64,000 nt of DNA from Podarcis melisellensis (Eukaryota): NCBI GenBank assembly GCA_964234715.1, contig OZ174281.1; one strand, written 5' to 3'. The first letter of the stretch is position 1, and each line of letters begins with the position of its first letter. The notes under the pieces are model-generated. The model was not told where the DNA came from. It was given only the letters and a program-made list of their open reading frames with translations, and made no database searches. Below are positions 39,594 to 49,544 of the stretch, one piece after another. The position numbers and the translations under genes were made by a program.

Positions 39594-39738
39594 CAGTGGT
39601 ACCTCCGGTTACAAACGGGATCCGTTCCTGAGGTCCGGCCGTATCCTGAAAATTCTGTAACCAGAGGACCCCCTCTGTACACGCACGCGGCGCTGCAGAA
39701 CGCTTCTGCACTTGCACAAGCGGCAAACCCACTTCTGA
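39594..39738. mobile_element. Left half of a Tigger-like MITE
   Basis: ta|cagtggtacctccggttac...; no right TIR seen. Confidence 0.7.
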
Positions 39739-39900
39739 AATTTTATTATTCCAAAAATGAAACCTTCATCTGATTGTAAATATTAAGATTATACCAGCAA
39801 GAATGAGTCTTTCTGTAAAAAAAAGATTTAAATGTAGTCTTACTGACTAGTGATTTAAATTGTGATTTAAATCAAATTGATTTAAATCAAATCCACCCTG
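39739..39900. mobile_element. Right end of a hAT-like DNA transposon
   Basis: Ends gatttaaatcaaatccaccctg (reverse complement CAGGGTGGATTTG) with repeated subterminal gatttaaat motifs; no left TIR seen. Confidence 0.6.
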
Positions 39901-40169
39901 CCTAAGAGTCTTAGGCTGCTACCCTTTGACAGGGAAGGGGTTCAGCTTTGTTCTTGCACTGAATGAATGAGGCCAGTCCCTTGTTTCTCAGCAGCAATGA
40001 TGCAAATGACTGCAGAACTGCCTTCATTCCTTTCTTTTCCCATTCAAACCGGATGCCAGGCTCCATGCTTTAATAGAAAGAGAAGTTTATAGAAATAATT
40101 TTTCAATATCTATAAATAAGATTTGATAGGAAAACACTTTGGCTTGAACTTTCCTTAGGTGATGATGAT

Positions 40170-40432
40170 TAAAATAAACTTTCTATATGCCCTTCATCCG
40201 AAGATCAGAGTGCTGTTTACAGTATAAAAACACAAAAAATACACATAGCACAATAACAAACAAAAACAATACTGCCCACAGTTTAAAAGGCCATAGATGG
40301 TTCAAATAGCCAAAGACCTGGGAGAAGAGGAATGTTTTTGCCTGGCACTTAAAGATATGTAATGAAGGCGCCAGGTGAACCTCCCCAGGGAGAGCATTCC
40401 ACAGGTGGGGTAGCCACCACAGAAAAGGCCCA
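40170..40432 (-). mobile_element. L2 LINE 3' fragment
   Basis: Minus strand gggccttttctgtggtggctaccccacctgtggaatgctctccc... (AFSVVA-P-LWNALP); same family as 60692. Confidence 0.7.
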
Positions 40433-40566
40433 TCCTACTGTTGTCTCCCTCTGGACCTCCTGGGATGTCCACTCCCATCACTTTTGAAGACACTTGGAAA
40501 TAGGGGCATGTGTCAATTTCTTTCAACTAATGAAGAATAAGTGATTTTTTTCAGATATATATAAAA

Positions 40567-40952
40567 AGTGGTCCCAGGCCCTAAGGAAGTTAGATTGGCT
40601 TCAACCAGAGCCAGGGCCTTTTCAACTGTGGCTCCGGCCTGGTGGAACGCTCTGCCTCATGAGACCAGGGCCCTGCAGGATCTGATTTCTTTCCGCAGGG
40701 CCTGTAAGACAGAGTTGTTCCGCCTGGCCTTTGGCTTGGAGCCAATTTGATTCCCTCCCTCTCTTTCTTTTTTCTTTTCCTTCTCCTCCTGCGATGAGGC
40801 TACATTTTAATATTTTAATGTTCCATTATTTTAATGTTGTATTTTATTTTTGTTTTTAAGTTGTAATCATTCATCTTGTTTTTATTATTGCTTGTAAGCC
40901 GCTCTGAGCCCGGCCTTGGCTGGGGAGGGCGGGGTATTAATAAAAAAATTAT

Positions 40953-40957
<5 letters not shown>
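40567..40957 (+). mobile_element. L2 LINE 3' fragment, relatively young
   Basis: RLASTRARAFSTVAPAWWNALPHETRALQDLISFRRACKTELFRLAFG*; 3' end tgtaagccgctctgagcc...gggcggggtat plus (ATT)n tail. Confidence 0.85.
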
Positions 40958-40986
<29 letters not shown>

Positions 40987-41012
40987 ATCTATCTATCTAT
41001 CTATCTATCTAT
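40956..41012. repeat. (TATC)n microsatellite at the L2 tail
   Basis: Directly visible, contiguous with the L2 (ATT)n tail. Confidence 0.93.
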
Positions 41013-41255
41013 ATGCTGCAGTTTAAGGAGAAGGGAACAGGAGGCAGATTTACATAAAATATGACATAGAGAGCCAGTTTTTTCTCACTGGTGCCAGTCC
41101 TCTCTGAATTTCTTTAAATTATTAATAAAATCATATTTATAGTAAAATATTCAGATATAATTGAAGACGAACAAATGAAAATAAACAAGCAGATGTTTAA
41201 TTAATTGCTAACCTTGTCCAAAAGGTGTCCAGAGAGAACTGTTTACCGAAGTGAA

Positions 41256-41286
<31 letters not shown>

Positions 41287-41957
41287 CAGTGTCATTCAAA
41301 ATAATAGAGTATTTCTGGATGGGAAGTTACTGTGGAACCAGTGCTGCTTATGAACCCCAGTTTTTTGTTTCGGTGTCCACACATTGCTGTGGTCAAAATG
41401 AAAGCCCATAATTTTTTCCCTTTTCATTTAATCTGGACTTCCTCTTATTTGTGAAAGGGTTGTGCTTATAATGTCACACATATATAATGTCAACATTGCC
41501 ATGTCTGAACTCTATAGTTTTGGGAATGTGGGCTAATGTCTATCATGCATGTAAAATGCTGAAAAGCCACCCAATAAGGTTGAAGAGCAGGTAAAAACTC
41601 CCTGATGATGACAGTTTCCTAGTATGTGCTGTTTCCTTCCCCATCTGTCTCCTTTTTTACTAAATTAAGAATTGCTGTATTGTTACGAAGTCTCAAATTA
41701 TTCAGTATATACTCTTTTTGGAGCCTCACAATCAATAAATATGGAAATGTTTAGTGAGCCTTACATTTTGGATCTGACCTTTGAAGAACATTATCTGACA
41801 TGACATTTTTCACAGTGTGTCATGCTGAATCTTTTTCCCCCTTCTTTTTTTAAGGTGCCTTGCTGCTTGTGGTTTCTTGCTATAAATCCCTATGATAGTG
41901 AGATTTATTTATGGACATTGATATACTTTATCACTTCTCTTGACATTTATTCTGCAG

Positions 41958-42103
41958 CCAAAACTTTTGGAACAGTACCTGAGCCTTGAAGACAGCGGAC
42001 TCTTAACGCATCTCAAGTTGTGTTCAGCAATGGACCATCTTCCTTACAATCTTTGGTTTAGAAAGTGTTTTGCAGGTTGTCTACCTGAATCCAGCTTACA
42101 AAG
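41958..42103 (+). CDS. TBC1D7: TBC1D7 coding exon 5
   Basis: ttctgcag|CCA...AG|gtaagc; [48 protein letters not shown](R); 146 nt. Confidence 0.96.
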
Positions 42104-42596
42104 GTAAGCATCTTTCCTCTCCCGCCCATCTTGCATCAATCAGATCACTGTAGCATCCTTGAAAATAATCTGTTGTCCATCTTTAGCCTACAACCCACAA
42201 TACCACAAACTCCTGAGTAGTGTTCCCTCTCCCCTGACCGATGCTGTAGAGTACTTTTATAAATGGAGCATGTTAGCTGCAAGATACCTATAACCTCACC
42301 TCCAAACTCAGGAATGTTGCATGAATATGTTTTGACAAGTCAGGACTTTTTGACATTCTAAAACCTGACAGTTAAGGTTATATAGGGAGTGATGCAAACT
42401 TTGGCATTTTGTGTTCCCTGCATCTTGCACCAAAGGGTGGAAGTGTGAGTTGTCATTTGCTGCTAAATGTCTCGGTCCTGCCATGACTGAGATACTATTT
42501 TGGTCAGGAAAGGAAAAAAACAACACTTCAGTACTAAATATAAATTATAGCTATAAAATTGTAGGCATGCAGTTTTTATGACTCTGTCTTTTCTAG

Positions 42597-42726
42597 GGTT
42601 TGGGACAAAGTTATTAGCGGCTCCTGCAAAATTCTGGTCTTCGTTGCTGTTGAGATTTTATTAACCTTTAAAATGAAGTTGATGGCCTTGAATAGCGCAG
42701 GAAAGATTCAACAGTTTTTGGAAAAT
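42597..42726 (+). CDS. TBC1D7: TBC1D7 coding exon 6
   Basis: ttttctag|G...AAT|gtaagt; [43 protein letters not shown]; 130 nt. Confidence 0.96.
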
Positions 42727-43050
42727 GTAAGTACTCTTCCACGCACTAATATACTGCCCCCCCAGGAACTTCCCCCCCCCAAATAAAGGATTTGTTTTGT
42801 GTATCAGATTTTTGGGGGAGAGAGGTGGTTGCGAGAGAAATCAACTGAGATTTTGCCCAGTGTTCAAGAGCTGCAATTAAAAGTTTGCAAAATTTTAAAA
42901 GGCACAGTTCAGACATGGCATCAAACCATGATCCATGCTAATCATAGTTTGGTTTGAGCTTCCAAATGTAAGACTTTAACAATGGTTTCTGAATTCAGAC
43001 ATAACAAACCAAATTTAGCACAAAACACAGCCTGCGTGGCAGCTTCAGTA

Positions 43051-43373
43051 CAGTGGTACCTCGCAAGACGAATGCCTCGCAAGACGAAAAACGCGCAAGA
43101 CAAAAGAGTTTACTGTTTTTTGAGTCGTTCCGCAAGACGAATTTCCCTATGGGCTTGCTTCGCAAGACGAAACGTCTTGCGAGTTTGTTTCCTTTTTCTT
43201 AAAGCCGCTAAGCCGTTAATAGCCGCTAAGCCGTTAATAGCCGCTAAGCCGTTAATAGCCGCTAAGCCGCTAATAGCCGCTAAGCCGCTAATAGCCATGC
43301 TTCGCAAGACGAAAAAACCGCAAGACGAAGAGACTCGCGGAACGGATTAATTTAGTCTTGCGAGGCACCACTG
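43051..43373. mobile_element. Tigger-like MITE, 'gcaagacgaa' subfamily, opposite orientation, with an internal minisatellite
   Basis: ta|cagtggtacctcgcaagac ... gtcttgcgaggcaccactg|ta; 18-bp tandem array inside. Confidence 0.9.
43203..43292. repeat. 18-bp minisatellite (agccgctaagccgYtaat) x5
   Basis: Five contiguous units; the first three have gtt and the last two gct. Confidence 0.95.
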
Positions 43374-44389
43374 TATCCATGTTTTGTAAAGTGATCTAGG
43401 TTCAGATATAAAAACAGACCATGGTTTGTCTTGATGTCTGAGGGGAAAGGAGAGGATTGTCTCAGTGGCTGAGCCGGGCTCTGGAACTCATTCTTACCTG
43501 AACAGCACCTCCCACTACACTCCCCTCCCATGGATTTGCATAAGATGGGCCAAAACATTCCTTTTTATAGGAGCACTTTTGAGCCATAAATAGTCACTGC
43601 CTTTCCGAGTAGCTTTGGTTAAGTTATGTTTAGCAGCAGTTTTGTGGGTTTCTCTCCTTTCTCTCTCTGCTGTTTTAATGCCTTACAGCTGCTTTCTTTT
43701 ATTTATTTGTTGTTAATTTTATTTAAGAAACCATTTAAGATGTTATTTTAAATTCTGTTGCTAGCCACTTTAGGCTTATTGAGAAAAGACGGGCTATAAA
43801 TGTTTTAAATAAATAGAACTCGTTGGCTACATTTAAGCAGGTTGCAGGATTAACTTGACCTTGCGACTCCCCCCCAAACCCACCACGTGGTCAAACAAGT
43901 TCACAGACCACAATGCTGCATCAAGCCAGTTTATCTTTTTGTATTGGCATGAGTGGCCATTCCATGCACACGCATTCCTATTTTCATCAGTGTTGGGGGG
44001 AAAGAGAATATCCTTGATGCAGGAACGGAAAGGAAAATAAAGAGTGGAATTGTTTGATGTGGATGACCCAGTCTGGATTTCCAGGTGTGCTCTGATGCAC
44101 GCTTGGACCTTTTTTTTTGCAAGGAAAGTTCTCCTTTCACTTTACTAATAGGGGACAATTCCTCCCCACACCAAACTGTTTGCATGAAGGGAGCTACTTG
44201 TTACTTGAAACTAAACAAGCAAAAGAGTGTGCTCTGTGTGCGTGGTTAGCAATTGGCGTGAATGGATATGGCAGGAGTTTGGAAGAGCAATCCTATAGTG
44301 ACTGGTCTTTAGCTGCCTTTAGGTTTGCTGCCTGAGATATTGAAGTACTGGAATACCTCAAACTGAATATCTCTTTTTATCTTTTGTAG

Positions 44390-44476
44390 ATACCTCAAGA
44401 TAACACGGATGCAATAGTGAGCAAAGCGATTGAGCTGTGGCACAAACATTGTGGGACCCCTGCACATTCAGTCTGA
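44390..44476 (+). CDS. TBC1D7: TBC1D7 last coding exon
   Basis: cttttgtag|ATA; IPQDNTDAIVSKAIELWHKHCGTPAHSV*. Exons sum to 882 nt = 293 aa plus stop, the recalled human length. Confidence 0.96.
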   Translation: MPQDNTDAIVSKAIELWHKHCGTPAHSV

Positions 44477-44582
44477 GACCATGCTGCCCACCGGTACACT
44501 TTTATTTCATTTGCCTTCTCTTTGTCCTTCCTTCCTCAACAAAACCTACTTAAAATTATTTTAACAAAGGAGATGGGGGAGC

Positions 44583-44588
44583 AATAAA
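44583..44588 (+). terminator. Candidate TBC1D7 polyadenylation signal
   Basis: First AATAAA downstream of the stop codon (~107 nt). Confidence 0.5.
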
Positions 44589-45390
44589 ATTGCTACCACC
44601 GTATCTGATGGAAGTGTATAATTATATCTAGAAAGGGTGGTTTTAAGTCATCTGAAGTCTGCAACACCTTGCCTGCAAGTAGAGTCTCATTTATATCAGT
44701 TGAGTTGGATTTGTTTCCAAGTAACCTTGTTTATGGGGTGTGCAAAACAGGAGCCATAATGAAGGACTTTTTTCTTTTTTACTCTCTGGAATAGATTCCT
44801 GCCTGGTTTTCTCTCACTCATTCCTCATGGCACTAATTTGGCTTTAATTCAAGAAATCTGGTTAAACTGAGATGTTCTCCTGAACAGGAGCTGCCTCTTA
44901 AAACCCTGTTGCAGATTTTCAGATCTTTGCAAGGTCCTCCCATAGGGTTAGGAAACTGGCCGCACAGGCCTTGCCTCCAGGGCTACCTCCCGAGGTTCCT
45001 AGCATACGGATCCTCTTTCCCCACTGCACTGGAATGAACAGAAAGCAGCTTTGGCAGAGCTTCCCGCCTTTTACCTTTGCAGTCCAAGAGTGGGAAATAG
45101 GAGGAGGCAACTCAAGGTACATAACAGAGTCATTCTGTTGGTTGATTATTGGGGCAGAAGGGATTAGAGCTCTTTGCATGTGCCTTGTTCACATTTAGGG
45201 GTGTCAGGTCCTTTTGGTCCTTGGGATATGTTTAGTTCAAAATTTGATCCCTGATTTGTTTGTTTGTTTGTAGAAATCGTGTTCAGTGGTAGCTCCTGGC
45301 TGGAACTAGAGAGTCCAAAATACATAATTTTTAAACTAGGTGCTGGTGATGACTACTGTGTAGGCTTCTGAATTATCCTTATTTTCTTGA

Positions 45391-45529
45391 CATGGGCTCT
45401 TTTTTTGAGCCTGAACTCACCGGAACTCTGTTCCGGAACCTCTCAGGTGGGCGCTATTGCCATTATAAGAGAACAAGGGAGGCATTCATGGTGAGCTCCG
45501 GCACCTCTTTTTCTAGAAAAACAGCACTG
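45391..45529. mobile_element. hAT-type MITE
   Basis: Homologous to the 10778 and 48989 copies. Confidence 0.78.
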
Positions 45530-45659
45530 CTCTTGAGCCGTTTTGATCTGGTTTTTAGTTTTGGGATTAACAGACCTGTGGCGGGGGGCACTCTGTGAGT
45601 TAGATGATGTGGGGGCATCCCTGTCAGTTCTGCCGGCCCTCTGAACAGCTTGATACTGT

Positions 45660-46100
45660 GAACTTAAAAGATTATCTCAATTGGATCAGGCTGGAGACCT
45701 ATCCAGTCCAGCATTCTTTTTGCCCTGGTGGTCCACCAGATGGCTGTGAGAAGCCTGCAAGCAGGATATGATGGCAACTTCTCCTTCCTGCTGCTGTTCC
45801 CCAGGACCAAGAGGTGTAGTGGCTCTGAACCTGAAGACAGTATATAGCTATTTGGACTCGTAGCCATTGGTACCCATGAATTAGCCTGATTTTAAAGTCA
45901 ATCCAATCTAGTGGCCATCATTTCCACAACGTGGGAGCAAATTCCATCGTTCAACTATGTACTGTGTGGTGAAGTACCTCTTCTTTGCTTGTGCTGAATT
46001 GCCCAGCCTTCAGCTTCATTGGACTACAGGTTCTGGTATTATGAAGCAGGAGCAAAGCCTTTTCTCCATTCACTTTCTACACCTCAATCATGACCCTGGT
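45660..46100 (-). mobile_element. Decayed CR1 LINE 3' fragment
   Basis: ggatcaggc...atccagtccagcattc...ccaccagatggc motif also seen at ~2560 and ~63120; typical of squamate CR1 3' ends. Confidence 0.55.
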
Positions 46101-47065
46101 TTATTGCCATGTTTCTAAACTTGAGTCTCCTCAGAGGACACAACTTTTCATTTTGGCAGTGTTGCTCCAAATCCCATGATCACTTTGGTTTTCTACTCCC
46201 TTTTCAGATCCACCCAGCATGTGAAACCATCACCAGCCAACCTGGGAGATCCCTCCAATCCTGGTAGGCAGTTAAGCACTGACAATAAAATACTCATTCT
46301 CACAGGCTTGGTACGTGATGTCCTTTTAACTAAAATAAAATGCCAGGTTCCTTTGCCTTTCAAAAGGTCCCTCTGTGCTGCTCTTCCTTGCATCATGGTT
46401 TGCTTTTCATTTTAAATTGTTTAAAAATTTAGTTGCCTTGCCTAGTGATGTGGAAAGTTGTGACTTAAGTAGAGGAATGTTCACTCAACAGCTCCTTTAT
46501 TCTCTTCGCTTCCTTTGCCCACTCTGTTCTCTTACCTTACGCAGCAAGGAGAAGTGTTCCCCCTATGGCTGAGTCTTTTGCTCCCTGTGTGCCTTGACAG
46601 TGTTTGAGCTACAGCTCCTATCTGGCACAAGAGTTGAAATCCAAAACTTACGCAGGGCAGCAGCTTGGGGAAGGGTGCCCTAGATAACCAGCCTCATGTT
46701 TCCTGTACCCTTTGTGTTTGGAAAGAGTCTTTTCCACCATCCCACCCACTTGTCAACTTTAATGGTGTCCCAGTCCTCTGTGCTTACCTCCATATTGATG
46801 TTCCTCAGAATGTTAGTACTTTCATACAATAGTAGTGTTATATAACCCATTATTACTCCTAACTGGTTAACCAGCTGAAGCATGCAGGGTAGCAACTGTG
46901 CCCATTTTAGACGATGCTAGCAGAATATTGACACCCTCCCCCCCCCCATTTCAGCCTTCTGCTTTATTAATTTGGGAAGCTGTCAGTCTTGCAGAATGCT
47001 CAGCTCTCCCAATCCGTGTGCTTCGACCGCAGATTACTTTAATATGGCAGAGAATGTGGTCAGTA

Positions 47066-47232
47066 CAGTGGTACCTCGGGTTACGTACGCTTCAGGTTAC
47101 AGACTCTGCTAACCCAGAAATAGTACCTCGGGTTAAGAACTTTGCTTCAGGATGAGAACAGAAATTGGGCTCCATTTCAGGTTAAGTACGGACCTCCGGA
47201 ACGAATTAAGTACTTAACCTGAGGTACCACTG
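47066..47232. mobile_element. Tigger-like MITE, same family, internally deleted
   Basis: Same TIRs and TA TSD; lacks ~60 bp of the centre relative to the 13325 copy. Confidence 0.88.
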
Positions 47233-47751
47233 TAGTTGCTTTCTGATAAAATCCCTATTTTATTTTTGACTGATGTTGGTATTAACCGTCTTCCATCAAC
47301 CGTGTCAGTTAGTGCATGAATGCTGAGACGCACAGCTGTAAACCACTATTTAAAGCTCAGGTGCCAGACTATTAAAAAATCCCCAGAAACCCCCAAACCT
47401 TTTCCTCTGTGGCACGCTGGTGCTACTTGAAGTTGATGCGATGAGATAAACGAGCTGTGCTGAACTTTTCACACGAACAATAGCAATTTTAGATCAATGT
47501 TTTTTTAAGGGCTGCAAGAAGCCTTCTGCAGTGTCTAGAAGTCAATCAAACGCCGCCATTTAAATGTCAGTGGAAAGTTCATATCTAATCACCCTGTTGT
47601 ATGTACAAAGAATAAGATTGCAGAGAGAATTTTCCTTTTGTGCGTTGTGTTACTCAGTTTGTGGCATGTTCTTTCATCAATAAGTGTTTCGTGTTTAGGG
47701 GTGGGAGGTGATGAAAGCTAGTAAGCCTTTTGGTAGAGACCCAACTAGTTA

Positions 47752-48776
47752 CCGTATTTTTCGCACCATAGGACACACTTTTTCCCCTCCAAAAATGAAG
47801 CGGAAATGTGTGTGCGTCCTATGGTGCGAATGCAGGCTTTCGCTGAAGCTGGAGAGCGAGAGGGGTCGGTGCGCACCGACCCTCTCGCTCTCCAGGCTTC
47901 AGGAGAGCCCCACCACCAGCCCCACAGGCTCGGGGGACAGCGGGGAGCCGGAACGCCGCCATCCCGCTGTCCCCCGACTTGGTTAGAAGGCTGGCGGGGG
48001 GAAGAAGCCTGCTCCTCCCCGTCGCCAGCCCCGCAAACTCGGGGGACAGCGGGAGAGGCGCAGCGCGCCCTCCCGCTGTCTCCCGACATGGTTTGGAGGC
48101 TGGTGGAGGGCTTCCTCCTCCCCCAGCCCCGAAAGCTCCCAGAGCGATGCCAAAGCTGCGCGCAGCTTCGGCATGGCTCTGGGTCCCGTTCTGGGGGAGG
48201 GGGAAGCTCGGGCTTCCCCCGCCCCAGCCCCGCGTCTCCAGCCGGGAGACGGTTGCGGGGGGCTGCTTTAGCCCCGCGCGTGCTCTCCCGGCTGGAGAGG
48301 TGACGCTCGGCTATGGAGGCTCCTGCCATAGGCGCACGTCACCTCTCCAGCCGGGAGAGGGTTGCGGGGGGCTGCTTTAGCCCCGCGTGCGCTCTCCCGG
48401 CTGGAGAGGTGACGCGCGCCTATGGCCGCTGCTCCCTGACCTGCTCTTTGGGGCTGGTGGTGGGCTTCCCCTGCCAGCCCCAAAGAGCAGGTCGAAAGGA
48501 ACCTGAAGCCTGGAGAGCGAGAGGGGTCGGTGCGCACCGACCCCTCTCACTCTCCAGGCTTCGAAGGTAGCCGCCTGAACGCACCTTAAACGGCACCTTG
48601 TTTTAGAACGGGAAAACAAAAGGGGGAAAATTCTCCCACTCTCTGCGCAGAGCCTCCTGCCGCTTCGCTGAAGGGGCGCTGGGCAGAGAGCAGAAGAATT
48701 TTTCCCCCTTGTTCTCCCCCCTCTAAAACAAGGTGCGTCCTATTGTCCGGTGCGTCCTATGGCGCGAAAAATACGG
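47752..48776. mobile_element. Tc2/Kanga-like MITE, ~1 kb copy with palindromic GC-rich core
   Basis: ta|ccgtatttttcgcaccatagg ... cctatggcgcgaaaaatacgg|ta; both ~80-bp ends are homologous to the 4787 copy in reverse orientation. Confidence 0.88.
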
Positions 48777-48988
48777 TATGTAGAATCTAGGGTTGCCATA
48801 TATTCAGAAACTTTCTGGCTTTTTTTGCAAAACCTTGAAGAAAAAAAAGCTAGATTTTCACTTTTTGAAATAGTGCACTGATTGCCATAACTATAGTGTT
48901 TCGGGTTTTCTTGCTCTCTTTCATAAAATGAAAGGCCTTGCCTCATTTAGAAAGAACAAATTATAAATTTTCTTGTTATAATAAGAAG

Positions 48989-49119
48989 CAGGGCTTTTCT
49001 CCCCTAGCTGGAGCTCACCAGAGCTCAACTCTGGCACCTCTCAGGTGGGTGCCATTGCCATTCTAAGAGAAGCCCATGTGGTGAGCTCTGGCACCTCTTT
49101 TTCTAGGAAAATGGCACTG
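48989..49119. mobile_element. hAT-type MITE
   Basis: cagggc...gcactg ends; 8-bp TSD ataagaag/ataataag. Confidence 0.8.
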
Positions 49120-49544
49120 ATAATAAGGTTCTGTCAGAGTTACACCAGTGTTGCTTTGGGGCAGCCAAAGCCAGAGTTATTCCTGAAAAAGCAGTGTGGG
49201 TGGTGGCGGCGGCAAGGCGAGACTTGCCCCTTTTCCAGGCTCCTTTTGGCTCTGTCACATGACCTAGCAGGTTACACTGGCAGAAAGGGTGTTCCAAATC
49301 AAAAAATGGTGTGTAAGATTACACCAGCATAATTTACCTTGGCATATATTACTCTGGCTTCCTATAGTTTGGATTCCTCTGCCAGCCACTCAAACGATGC
49401 TGATTTATACTTCCTGGTTATCTGTGTTCCTTGTTACGTTTCCTGCATGCTAGAGGGAGCAATTCTGCAGAGAAAGGGCCCCTTTGAGCTTTTAGCCACT
49501 ATCATGCTGTTGTTCAGCATTCAGTTGGTTCTGGTTTGTTGTTG

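Noticed and set aside
43203-43292. Regular repeat array resembling CRISPR or a (AAKPLI)n protein repeat
   Set aside because: Contiguous tandem units without spacers, inside a MITE in a vertebrate intron.
47745-48619. 194-, 165- and 133-aa ORFs
   Set aside because: Same artefact within the GC-rich MITE core.
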